From Candidatus Poribacteria bacterium (lineage in GTDB: Bacteria > Poribacteria > WGA-4E > PCPOR2b): 64,000 bases of DNA. The notes under the pieces were generated by a model, which saw only the letters and a program-made list of their open reading frames with translations, was not told the DNA's origin and searched no databases. Numbering within the stretch: position 1 is the first letter of the stretch; each line of letters opens with the position of its first letter. The stretch is taken from positions 1,280,001 through 1,344,000 of the forward strand of contig OZ240245.1 in the NCBI GenBank assembly GCA_965198175.1, read 5' to 3'. The position numbers and the translations under genes were made by a program. Positions 50,644-59,832 of this stretch are shown piece after piece.

Positions 50644-51564
50644 TTAGCAGACGGCGACAGGATTGCCAAATGAGCCAGTTGCCCCTTTGATGGGGATCGG
50701 CGCGAAAAAGAACGCAAATTCATAGACCGTGTCGCGAATCAGTTCAGTGGTGTTCAGGTTTTCCAAAAGATAGATACCATTCACTGTGATAAATATTTGA
50801 TGGACAGGACAAAAGGCGTCATGTTCTTTGGTTGGCAAGACTTCAATACCCCAATTGTCCGATCCAACGAGCGTAATCTGCTTTTGGACAAGGAAGTGGG
50901 CGGCAGAAACGCCAAGTCCGGGTTCTCCACTCAGATAACCGTGTTCTGAATCGTTATCCCGCCAGCGGCTGCCCCAGCCGGTGTGAATTAGGACCACATC
51001 CCCGGAACGGATTTCGAGATTCTGTTTCTGCAGCGCGTGTTTCAAATCTTGATCGGTGATTTCATAATCTTTTTCGAGCGCGGTCTTTCCCTTGAGGTAC
51101 GGAATGTCGAGTAAGATTCCACGGGTGAAAAATACTCCTACTTGTTCGATGCCCAGTTTCGTCACTCCTTCGGAAGTAAAAAATTCGCGTCGATTGAATC
51201 CGTTATAGAAGGTATCTCCAATCCCAACATGAACCAGAGCGTCCATGTGCGTTCCGACATGAATGTTAGCAATCTCCAACTTTTCATGAAAACCTGTTGA
51301 GTTGTTTATACCTTGTGGGGGTGATGTTGGGGGGATTGGAATTTGTAACTCCCACTGCCATGGCATGCCCTTTTCGTACATCCGACCGAGCTTATAGATT
51401 TTTCCATCTTTGATTAAGCGGACGGATTCCAGTACTTTTTCTGAGGTCATCATGTTAGCTGCGCCACGCTCATCATCGTAGCCCCATTTTGATGAGCCGC
51501 GTTCAGGCCCCTTGGGGGGTGAGTACGAACAACCACTTGATTCTGAAAACCCCGGTTTTTCCAT
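50644..51564 (-). CDS. Cyclase family (kynurenine formamidase-like) metal hydrolase
   Basis: HVGTHMDALVH, GDVVLIHTGW, VGSDNWG, LENL, GATGS..NPVA. Confidence 0.9.
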   Translation of the reverse strand: MEKPGFSESSGCSYSPPKGPERGSSKWGYDDERGAANMMTSEKVLESVRLIKDGKIYKLGRMYEKGMPWQWELQIPIPPTSPPQGINNSTGFHEKLEIANIHVGTHMDALVHVGIGDTFYNGFNRREFFTSEGVTKLGIEQVGVFFTRGILLDIPYLKGKTALEKDYEITDQDLKHALQKQNLEIRSGDVVLIHTGWGSRWRDNDSEHGYLSGEPGLGVSAAHFLVQKQITLVGSDNWGIEVLPTKEHDAFCPVHQIFITVNGIYLLENLNTTELIRDTVYEFAFFFAPIPIKGATGSFGNPVAVC

Positions 51565-51914
51565 TTCAATCTCCTTTCGATTTTGGGTGTTTGGACTTTC
51601 TTTCTGAACGATACGCTTGCCGCTCGAATAGTGTTATAATCGGATAGTATCTCGATTCGGCCGAGGGGCTTGAAGCGATTCTGTATAACGGTTTAGCGAT
51701 TTTGGCGCTTGACGTTGCCACTCAGTATCGGTAGTAAACTATGTTTCTTATTGTATTAGATTTGGGCTATTTATTCAACTGAATTATACAGCAAATCGCA
51801 GTATCGCTACTCATGCCCCTAACAAGTCTTTGACGGCAAGCCTGTGATTTTTGAACTTCGATTAGCCGATGTGCCTGACATGGTTGGTAGTGTGAGTCAG
51901 GAAAGTTATGCTAC

Positions 51915-51943
51915 TTGACATCTACCGAGAAACTATGTAGAAT
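51915..51943 (+). promoter_or_regulatory. Sigma-70 promoter upstream of the TolB-like gene
   Basis: TTGACA-17 nt-TAGAAT. Confidence 0.75.
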
Positions 51944-52188
51944 AGTCCAACCATTTCCGATTTAATCAGCGGGGTAATGCTATCTGAATCTAGTGATTCC
52001 GGAAGTGGAGAGATTCCAACGTAGGTGGTTTCGTTAATACGAGGGGCGCATTCGACCCCTATTAAAGGTTTAGGCGTCCTGCACATGTTCTTTCAAACCC
52101 AATCAATCCTGAATGAAAACTGAGACACCAAGAAGATGTCCGGAAATAAACTGACGATTTCAAACTTACCAAAGTGAGGTGACAATCA

Positions 52189-53187
52189 ATGTGGATACGG
52201 ATAACATCCATCTTTTTCCTTTCGGTTGTTGGTTTATTCTTATATAGCATCATGTTTGTAGTGGACAGCGAAGCACAAGCGCCCGACGCGCCGACAATCG
52301 CGATTACTACGAACGGAGCGGACGCCAACATCTGGCTGATGGACGCCGATGGCGCGAATGAGCGAGGCCTTCTACATGCTGGCGGGGACCAACCGCTAGG
52401 TTTGGTATGGTCTCCCGACGGCACAAAGCTGGCGTTCCATACTGAAGTAGGGGGCAACGTCGATATTTACGTGGTGAACGCGGATGGGCAGAATCTCAAG
52501 AGACTCACCGAACATGAGGCGGAAGATAGTTCACCCCATTGGCATCCCAGTGGTCAAAAACTCGTCTTCGAGTCCAATCGGGACGGCAACTTTGAAATCT
52601 ATACGATGACAGCAGCGGGACAAGTTATTGAGAATCTCACGAACGATCCCGGTAACGACATTACCCCTGCATGGTCACCAGATGCTCGAAAGATCGCCTT
52701 CTCCGGCAAGCGGGGCAAAACCCTGGGAGACGTCTTTGTGATGGATGCAGATGGCGGTAACCCTCAGAATATTACGAATAATCGATCCAAGGACCTCGAT
52801 CCCCGGTGGTCGCCAGATGGAAAACAATTCATCTTTACCTCTGAACGGAATGGAGCCGGTGATATCTTCCTTATGGATATCAATGGGGAAAATCAGAAAC
52901 AGATCAATTTTGAGCCTGACCCTGGGTTTGTTGGAATTGACGGGGCGCCCATCTGGTCTCCAGATGGAAAGGAGGTTGCTTACGAAGTCTGTGGGGGCGG
53001 AACATGCAAGATTCTTGTCATCGATCCCGATAAGCCTCAAAATCGCCTTGTGTTAGCGCAACCGGGTCAATTCAATCGTTCACCTGCTTGGTTCGATCCG
53101 GACTTTGTGGTGGAGTTCTCTGTTTCTCCTGCTGGCAAACGCCCTATGACCTGGGGCTGGCTCAAGCGGGTGAGACAGAACGATTAA
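52189..53187 (+). CDS. TolB-like PD40 beta-propeller protein
   Basis: Repeated P.WSPDG motifs, SNRDGNFEIY, signal peptide and C-terminal VSPAGKRPMTWGWLK. Confidence 0.9.
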   Translation: MWIRITSIFFLSVVGLFLYSIMFVVDSEAQAPDAPTIAITTNGADANIWLMDADGANERGLLHAGGDQPLGLVWSPDGTKLAFHTEVGGNVDIYVVNADGQNLKRLTEHEAEDSSPHWHPSGQKLVFESNRDGNFEIYTMTAAGQVIENLTNDPGNDITPAWSPDARKIAFSGKRGKTLGDVFVMDADGGNPQNITNNRSKDLDPRWSPDGKQFIFTSERNGAGDIFLMDINGENQKQINFEPDPGFVGIDGAPIWSPDGKEVAYEVCGGGTCKILVIDPDKPQNRLVLAQPGQFNRSPAWFDPDFVVEFSVSPAGKRPMTWGWLKRVRQND

Positions 53188-53466
53188 ACAGGAGGTATCG
53201 GATACACAAGCAGGCTCGTATCTGTTTAATTCGTCAAAAGTACTGATGTGGATGCTCGACTTGGGTCGAAATAGAGGTTTCTCCGACTAGAAGTTGAGCA
53301 TCCGTTGTGATGTGATTAAAATAATTCTTTCCTACTACCTGCAGCCTGAACGACGTCTGAAAGGGCTGAATCCTCAAGAACAAAACGGACTCCATCGGCA
53401 ACCACATTTCGGCTTCTTTCCCAGCCGTTGGAGCAGGCACGAACAACTGACCTCCCACTACTACTT

Positions 53467-54330
53467 CTACTTCCCTCGGTACGAATATTTGCCGTGCTCA
53501 ATCCGCGGATCAAAATCGTCCAGCTCGTCCCACACCGGCATCCCTGGCGGCACCTGATGCCCGAACTGTTCCTCATCGGAAGGGTAGGGGGCTTTGCGGC
53601 GTTCATGGAAGGCGCGTTGAAGTAGCTTACATCGTTGTGTAATGAATTCAGGGTGCCACCAACGATACTTTTCGTTCCATGCAATTGTGCGCTGATCGAA
53701 GTAGATTACGCGGCGAAGCTGACTGCTAGTGTTGTTCTGACTGCCGTGCAGCACCTTCGTATGGTGGAGAAGAACATCTCCGGGTTCCATTTCTGCAGGC
53801 ACTGCATTTGGCAGATCGAAATTTTTGCGCCCACGTTCAATCATCGCCGCGGCTTCTTCAATACTCCACATATGGCTGCCCGGAACTACCCAGACACATC
53901 CGTTGCCGACGGTAGATACGTCAGGGTAGATGTCCACGTTAAAAATACGCAGAGTTTTCACAAAGCGCTGATCGTCACGATGCCACGGCACGGAAGAGCC
54001 GTTTCCCGGGAGTTTGAACACCAGTGACTCGAAGCATGGAATGAAATCAGGCCCAACCATTCGATGCAGCAGATCAGCAATGAAAGGGTGGGCAAGCAAG
54101 CGAAGCGAAAAGGTGTTGGGGTGGGAATGAAGATACCTCAGATAATAGGGAACACCTTCTGGCCCACGAGAACACCAGGAGTCCGCCGGTCCACCGGCTA
54201 GGACTTCATCAATTAAACGTAAGCTTTCCCGCTTAATCTCCCCAAGTTCGTCCGGCTGGATGATTCCGCGCAGGATGACGTAACCGTTCTCATCAAAGTA
54301 TTGAATATCTTCGTCTGTTATCTTTTTCAT
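53467..54330 (-). CDS. PhyH-family Fe(II)/2OG dioxygenase
   Basis: FDENGYV, VPWHRD, GCVWVVPGSH, PGDVLLH..LHGS. Confidence 0.92.
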   Translation of the reverse strand: MKKITDEDIQYFDENGYVILRGIIQPDELGEIKRESLRLIDEVLAGGPADSWCSRGPEGVPYYLRYLHSHPNTFSLRLLAHPFIADLLHRMVGPDFIPCFESLVFKLPGNGSSVPWHRDDQRFVKTLRIFNVDIYPDVSTVGNGCVWVVPGSHMWSIEEAAAMIERGRKNFDLPNAVPAEMEPGDVLLHHTKVLHGSQNNTSSQLRRVIYFDQRTIAWNEKYRWWHPEFITQRCKLLQRAFHERRKAPYPSDEEQFGHQVPPGMPVWDELDDFDPRIEHGKYSYRGK

Positions 54331-54501
54331 TTGAGGTGCCGCTGTGCATTTCTTGCCGAACCTGAATTGCGCATAGGAATCAGTATTGAACTTGCTGTTG
54401 CGTGAAATTATGATTCGTGCTAAGATAGAAACGCTCGCAGATCCACAGAATTGAGGAGATAGACTTCATGCCTTGCTGCTACAAGCGGAACATATTATAC
54501 A

Positions 54502-55365
54502 ATGAGCACTTCAAAGAAGCAACGCATCTTTGAACACGATTCGCATCCAAGGCACGCTTTTCAAGTTCAGAACGGTGTACAAATCCAATTTCAGACGGTA
54601 GTATCACCTATGCTCAACAAAGAAATGGTTGTCAATCTCCCATTGCTTCCCGGGGTCTATTTTTTCCGAAGTAAATCCGGGAATATCCTCTACATCGGCA
54701 AAGCGACATCGTTACGCAAACGAGTCGGATCCTACCTGCATAACCGCCGACATCACCCCAAGGTTAAGCGGTTAGTACGACACGCAACCCAAATTGATTA
54801 CGAGGTGTGCGGATCGGAGTTGGAAGCCCTATTGCTTGAATCGCACCTAATTAAAGAACATCAACCGCCATACAATACTACCCTAAAATTCAACCGTCCG
54901 TCCTGGTTCATTCGAATTGATCCCAACGATCGTTTCCCTAAAATAGACCTTGTTTTGGAAATTGTTCCTGATGGGGCAAGATATTGGGGCCCATTTTCCA
55001 GTCGACGCTGGACAGAGGAAGCAATCGATATATTGCACAAGATTTTTCCAATTCGGACGTGTGAGGGGGAAATTACGCCTCAACTTGCTTTTCGTCCTTG
55101 CTTTAGTTACCATGTAAGGCGTTGTGGGGCGCCCTGCGCTGCACGGGTCAGCCAGACTGCGTACCACGTGATGATTGATAATGTCAGCCGTTTGCTGGAC
55201 GGAGAACATCACCACGTCCTCAATGAACTGACCAATCAACGCAATCGAGCCGTAGACAAATTGCAATTCGAGCGAGCGAAGACCATCCAGAAACGCATCA
55301 AGCGCATCCAAAAAGTTTTCGTTTACCTGAACGTACATCGAATAGAGGTCAACACAAGTATTTAG
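54502..55365 (+). CDS. GIY-YIG nuclease, UvrC N-terminal / Cho-like
   Basis: PGVYFF..ILYIGKATSLRKRV, ELEALLLE, PPYN, a Cys cluster and UVR-like LQFERA. Start may be 54610. Confidence 0.88.
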   Translation: MSTSKKQRIFEHDSHPRHAFQVQNGVQIQFQTVVSPMLNKEMVVNLPLLPGVYFFRSKSGNILYIGKATSLRKRVGSYLHNRRHHPKVKRLVRHATQIDYEVCGSELEALLLESHLIKEHQPPYNTTLKFNRPSWFIRIDPNDRFPKIDLVLEIVPDGARYWGPFSSRRWTEEAIDILHKIFPIRTCEGEITPQLAFRPCFSYHVRRCGAPCAARVSQTAYHVMIDNVSRLLDGEHHHVLNELTNQRNRAVDKLQFERAKTIQKRIKRIQKVFVYLNVHRIEVNTSI

Positions 55366-55495
55366 CTGTTACACCGCATGTAGCGATCAGAAACTGAAAA
55401 ATCGACTAAAGATGAGGCAATTTCAATTGGCGGCGAGGCTGGGATAGTATTACCGACTACAATGATGCGCCGCGATAATTGCTTTAGGAGGAATA

Positions 55496-56554
55496 ATGGC
55501 GCCGCTCTATTCCATTTCGGTATGTGGCGGACTCGAAAAGATTGCGCTTGAAGAGATTCAAGCCCGATTTCATCACACAAGCGAATTGGAGGTCGTTGGA
55601 CAAAAATTGAAACGCATACTCTTTCGCTATTCTGGTGATGCAGAGCAATTGTTATCGCTCCGTGCAGCCGAGAATGTCTTTCTAATTATCAGAGTTTTGA
55701 GGAATATGACACGATCTCGTCGCTCCTTAACAGAGCTGAAAAAATCGCTCCGACGGTTTGACTTTCGTCCGCATCTTGAGATTTGCCGAAACGCCGGAGT
55801 TCGATTCCGGCATCGGATTACCTTTCGCGTAACAAGTCGGATGTCTACTCGCCATAATTTCCGTCGAATCGACATACAGCGGTCTGTTGAGGAGGTGCTT
55901 ACAACTTGTGGATGGCATCTGACTGAAGAGAATCCTGCGCTCGATGTATGGGCGGAAATTCACGGGGCTGAGGCGTATGTGGCTATAAGGATTTCCCCAA
56001 TCGAAATGGCGCAAAGAGATTATAAGCAAGCTCATATACCCGCCTCTCTGAAACCCACGGTCGCTTACAGCCTCGTCCGTCTCTCCGATCCACAGCGGGA
56101 CGATGTGTTTTTGGACGCGATGTGCGGTGCCGGAACTATCTTAATTGAAAGGGCCTATTCCGGGCGTTATCGTTATCTGCTTGGTGGCGATGTCTTCCCC
56201 GGAGCAATTCGGGCAGCACAACTGAATATCAACAGGAAGCATCGTCCGCGTCAGCTCTTCCTGTGGGATGCCCGATTCCTTCCACTGACTCAGTGGAGTG
56301 TCGATAAAATCGTTTGTAACCTGCCTTTTGGGGAACGGGGGAACGATGCCGAGATAAGGAACCTGTATCGACGGTTCCTCAAGGAGTGCGAGCGCGTCTT
56401 GAAACCAACCGGGCGGATGGTTCTCCTCACTACCCAGCAGTCAACGCTTGAGTATTTGTTGAAACAACGCGAATCTGCTTTTAAGATTAGGCAGAAATTT
56501 CAGATAAACCTGCTCGGCTTAAAACCTTGGGTCAATCTATGCCTACCGTATTGA
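55496..56554 (+). CDS. THUMP-domain RNA methyltransferase
   Basis: PASLKPTVA, LDAMCGAGTILIE, VCNLPFG. Confidence 0.88.
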   Translation: MAPLYSISVCGGLEKIALEEIQARFHHTSELEVVGQKLKRILFRYSGDAEQLLSLRAAENVFLIIRVLRNMTRSRRSLTELKKSLRRFDFRPHLEICRNAGVRFRHRITFRVTSRMSTRHNFRRIDIQRSVEEVLTTCGWHLTEENPALDVWAEIHGAEAYVAIRISPIEMAQRDYKQAHIPASLKPTVAYSLVRLSDPQRDDVFLDAMCGAGTILIERAYSGRYRYLLGGDVFPGAIRAAQLNINRKHRPRQLFLWDARFLPLTQWSVDKIVCNLPFGERGNDAEIRNLYRRFLKECERVLKPTGRMVLLTTQQSTLEYLLKQRESAFKIRQKFQINLLGLKPWVNLCLPY

Positions 56555-56798
56555 TGATTGTGTTTTAAGAAACTTCCCAACAGAACTGTACATAATTATA
56601 GAACCATCTGAACACAATTGAATCACTCATCAAGCAACAAAATTGGCAGCAACAGAAAAAGGACAAATGGTGATTGGTGCCACTGCAGATTAGGTCTCGG
56701 CAATAATGTGGCATGTAATCGAATAAGACCTCAGTTTGACAATGGACAATTGGTGATTGTCAATAACCGGCACAAGAGGTTAATGAGAAAATTGCGCA

Positions 56799-59222
56799 AT
56801 GAAACTCCAACGTGATCTCACGACCATCTTCTATGTTCTTGCTTCCGGGATATATCTCATCATCGGGGCACGGAGTTTTGCTAGAGCGCCTGATACCCCT
56901 GAGACCAGCTACTTTTACCTGCTTGGACTAGTGACATGGGTGCTTGCAACGCTTGTGTGGATGCAACAGATAGACAACCGTGCAGCGCGCATTTCCTACA
57001 TGATGAGTATCGGTTTCATGAGCATCTGCTCGGTTGATGCTACATTCTCAATTGATGAAAGAACCCTAAGCAGTCGAATTTTACCGATTTTCCAGTTTTT
57101 GTCGGCAACCATCTTACCTTGCCTTTTTCTGCACTGCTTTCTGATCTTTCCCGTAGAGAAAAGAATCATTCAACGCCGCGAATGGTTGTTAAAATTGTTA
57201 TATGCACCAGGAATCGTATTATTTTCCGCGATGTCCTTCCTTTATTTGGGTGGGAATGACTATTCTCGCGAGTTTTTCCTCGTACAATTCTTGCAATTAC
57301 CATTGCTGGGAAATACCATCAGCGGGTTTCTCTGTACCTATTCAGTTGCAGGACAATTGCTCCTATTACATTCTTGTTTTGCAGCCCATTCACCCTCACA
57401 GCGCCGTCAGGCACGATGGCTGCTGCTTGGCATCACTGCTGGAACACTGCCACAAGCGGTTTTCACGACGATACCGAGGGTCTGGGATGTGTCCATCGCT
57501 TATGTTCACCTTTCGGCTTACGCGCTATGTCTTATCCCTATCTGTTATGTTGTTGCGATTGTTCGTCATCGATTGATGAATATCGAGTTAATCATCAATC
57601 GCAGCGTGGTGTATGCCCTTGTGAGTGGATTCGCGTTGGGGATGTATTTGCTAAGCATTCACGGTTTAGCGAGGTTTTTCCACACTGAAGAACGTTCGTG
57701 GGCGGTGACGGCTGTATCAATATTTATCGCCGCTGTGCTTTTTGCGCCTGCCAAGACGCGTATACAAAATCTGATTGATCTAGCTTTTAACCGAGAAGCA
57801 TACAATTACCGTCAAACACTCTTAGCATTGAGCCAAACTCTTCACTCCATTCTCGACTTGGAAATCCTCGTTGATACCCTGCTTCGCCAAGTAACTGAAG
57901 CAATGCACATCAGTCGAGGCGTCGTGATGTATCGCGTTTCAACAGCCGAACCAACGTTTGTTACAGAGGCAACTGTTGGCATGGATTCCATCCCAGATGG
58001 AGTACAGGTGAGGTTATCACCATCACTAATAGACCTGTTGAAAAAAGCAGAAAAGCCGCTCGATTTTTCAAATCAACCGCCAATTCCGAATAACATCCAA
58101 TTACTGGAGGACAAAGAGCTTTCACAAGATGTAAAAGGTTTCAGTACCCTTCTGCGATCCGCAATATGGATCCCCTTTGTGACGCGAACGAAGGAACAAG
58201 AAAATCTAGTCGGTCTACTCGTGCTTGGACAAAAACTGTCGGAGGAACCGTACACGCAGACAGATCTCGCGTTACTTGGAACGCTCGCCCATCAGGGCGC
58301 GACAGCGATTGAAAATGCAACGCTTTATGCTCAATTAAGTGCACGAACGAAGGCAATGGAGAAGGCGCGTGAGCAACTGATGGCAACGTATCTAGACACT
58401 TATGGCGGAACAATGCCGAAACCTTCAAGTGAAGCGAAACTCCAACCTACAGAGCGGGACAGTGATTTGGTCTCAGAGTTCAATAATATCGCTGCCGCAC
58501 TCAAAGATAGCCATGATAAGTTTAAGCAATTAGACGGACTTAAATCTCAATTCCTGGACAACGTCTCCCATGAGCTACGGACGCCGTTGACGCATATCAA
58601 GGGATTCGTGGACAATTTGCTCGACGGGGTCGGTGGAGAACTTGCGGAAAGACAGAGAAGATATTTGTTACGGATGAAGGACAATTGCGATCGACTTATC
58701 CGATTAATTAATAATCTTCTGGATCTTTCACGAACAGAATCCGGCAAAATGTCATTACAACTTGAACGGAGGCTGCTTTACCCAATCCTCGAAGAAGCAA
58801 TTGCTGGAATTCAGCCTCTAGTTGATAAAAAAGGGATTCACATTGAGTTGAACTGTGAGGAGACCCTTACGGCATTGGTAGACGCCGATAAGATAAGGCA
58901 AATCATGACAGATCTCTTGGATAACGCGCTCAAATATACTGAAACAGGGGGATACGTAGGTGTAGTGGTGACCGCTGTATCAAATCGGGATGTTCAGATC
59001 TGCGTCGAGGATACCGGCATAGGTATTGCTGAAACAGACCTCGATTTGATTTTTGATCGCTTTCACCGCGTCACGGGACCGAGAAGTAGCAGTATCGGTG
59101 GAATCGGCTTAGGGCTACCGATTGTAAAAAATCTCGTCGAGCTGCACGGTGGGGAGGTCAAGGTTGAAAGCGAAATTGGTGAGGGAAGTCGCTTCTATAT
59201 TACACTAAAGCTTGGGTCATAG
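56799..59222 (+). CDS. Membrane sensor histidine kinase with GAF domain
   Basis: Multiple TM helices and a GAF-like segment; SHELRTPL, NALKYT, VEDTGIGI and GIGLGL boxes. Confidence 0.93.
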   Translation: MKLQRDLTTIFYVLASGIYLIIGARSFARAPDTPETSYFYLLGLVTWVLATLVWMQQIDNRAARISYMMSIGFMSICSVDATFSIDERTLSSRILPIFQFLSATILPCLFLHCFLIFPVEKRIIQRREWLLKLLYAPGIVLFSAMSFLYLGGNDYSREFFLVQFLQLPLLGNTISGFLCTYSVAGQLLLLHSCFAAHSPSQRRQARWLLLGITAGTLPQAVFTTIPRVWDVSIAYVHLSAYALCLIPICYVVAIVRHRLMNIELIINRSVVYALVSGFALGMYLLSIHGLARFFHTEERSWAVTAVSIFIAAVLFAPAKTRIQNLIDLAFNREAYNYRQTLLALSQTLHSILDLEILVDTLLRQVTEAMHISRGVVMYRVSTAEPTFVTEATVGMDSIPDGVQVRLSPSLIDLLKKAEKPLDFSNQPPIPNNIQLLEDKELSQDVKGFSTLLRSAIWIPFVTRTKEQENLVGLLVLGQKLSEEPYTQTDLALLGTLAHQGATAIENATLYAQLSARTKAMEKAREQLMATYLDTYGGTMPKPSSEAKLQPTERDSDLVSEFNNIAAALKDSHDKFKQLDGLKSQFLDNVSHELRTPLTHIKGFVDNLLDGVGGELAERQRRYLLRMKDNCDRLIRLINNLLDLSRTESGKMSLQLERRLLYPILEEAIAGIQPLVDKKGIHIELNCEETLTALVDADKIRQIMTDLLDNALKYTETGGYVGVVVTAVSNRDVQICVEDTGIGIAETDLDLIFDRFHRVTGPRSSSIGGIGLGLPIVKNLVELHGGEVKVESEIGEGSRFYITLKLGS

Positions 59223-59265
59223 ATTTTAATCGATCAATCTTTTCGTCAACGTAGGGTAGGGGATA

Positions 59266-59634
59266 GTGATGGATCTTTTCGTCTATGGCACTCTAAAAAA
59301 TCTGGAGTTTATCCAGTTGCTTCTCAACCGTTCCATCGACAAGCCATCAAGAGCAACTATCCAGGGCTTTAAAACTGTCATTTCTGAGTGGGGATATCCT
59401 GTCATGATTCCTACTGAAGAGTCTAGCGTCAACGGAATTGTCTGGCGAGATTTGACGGATGAGGATTTTGAAATCTTGGACAGGTATGAGGGGTGTAATA
59501 CGGAAACATCCGTGTATCAACGTGTAAAGCGAAAGGTCATTGTTGAGGGACGGGAAGAGGAAATGTGGGCGTATTTCGGAACCCAAGCGTTTTTAACGCA
59601 GGTGCCTGGTCAGAAAAAGGAACGGAACTTTTGA
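59266..59634 (+). CDS. Gamma-glutamylcyclotransferase (AIG2-like)
   Basis: LFVYGTL, GYP, LDRYEG, YQR. Confidence 0.9.
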   Translation: MMDLFVYGTLKNLEFIQLLLNRSIDKPSRATIQGFKTVISEWGYPVMIPTEESSVNGIVWRDLTDEDFEILDRYEGCNTETSVYQRVKRKVIVEGREEEMWAYFGTQAFLTQVPGQKKERNF

Positions 59635-59769
59635 ACTTGTTCCAACTCAGGTGAAAAAGGTATTTGTGAGTAATCACTTCCTTGGGGTGAATCGCTAAGC
59701 ACCCTAAAGCAAAGAGAAATGTATCAAATGGTCTGATCCTGGACTACAACTACAAACAGTATAATCCAT

Positions 59770-59804
59770 AAAAAAAGGCAGCTAATTGTAGCTGCCTTTT
59801 TTTT
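59770..59804. terminator. Bidirectional intrinsic terminator
   Basis: A7-GGCAGCTA-attg-TAGCTGCC-T8 between convergent genes. Confidence 0.9.
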
Positions 59805-59832
59805 GCGAGATTTGAAGAAAATCCGTCTAGCT

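Noticed and set aside
54484..54501. LexA/SOS box before the GIY-YIG gene
   Set aside because: GAAC half-site only; no matching GTTC at the right spacing.
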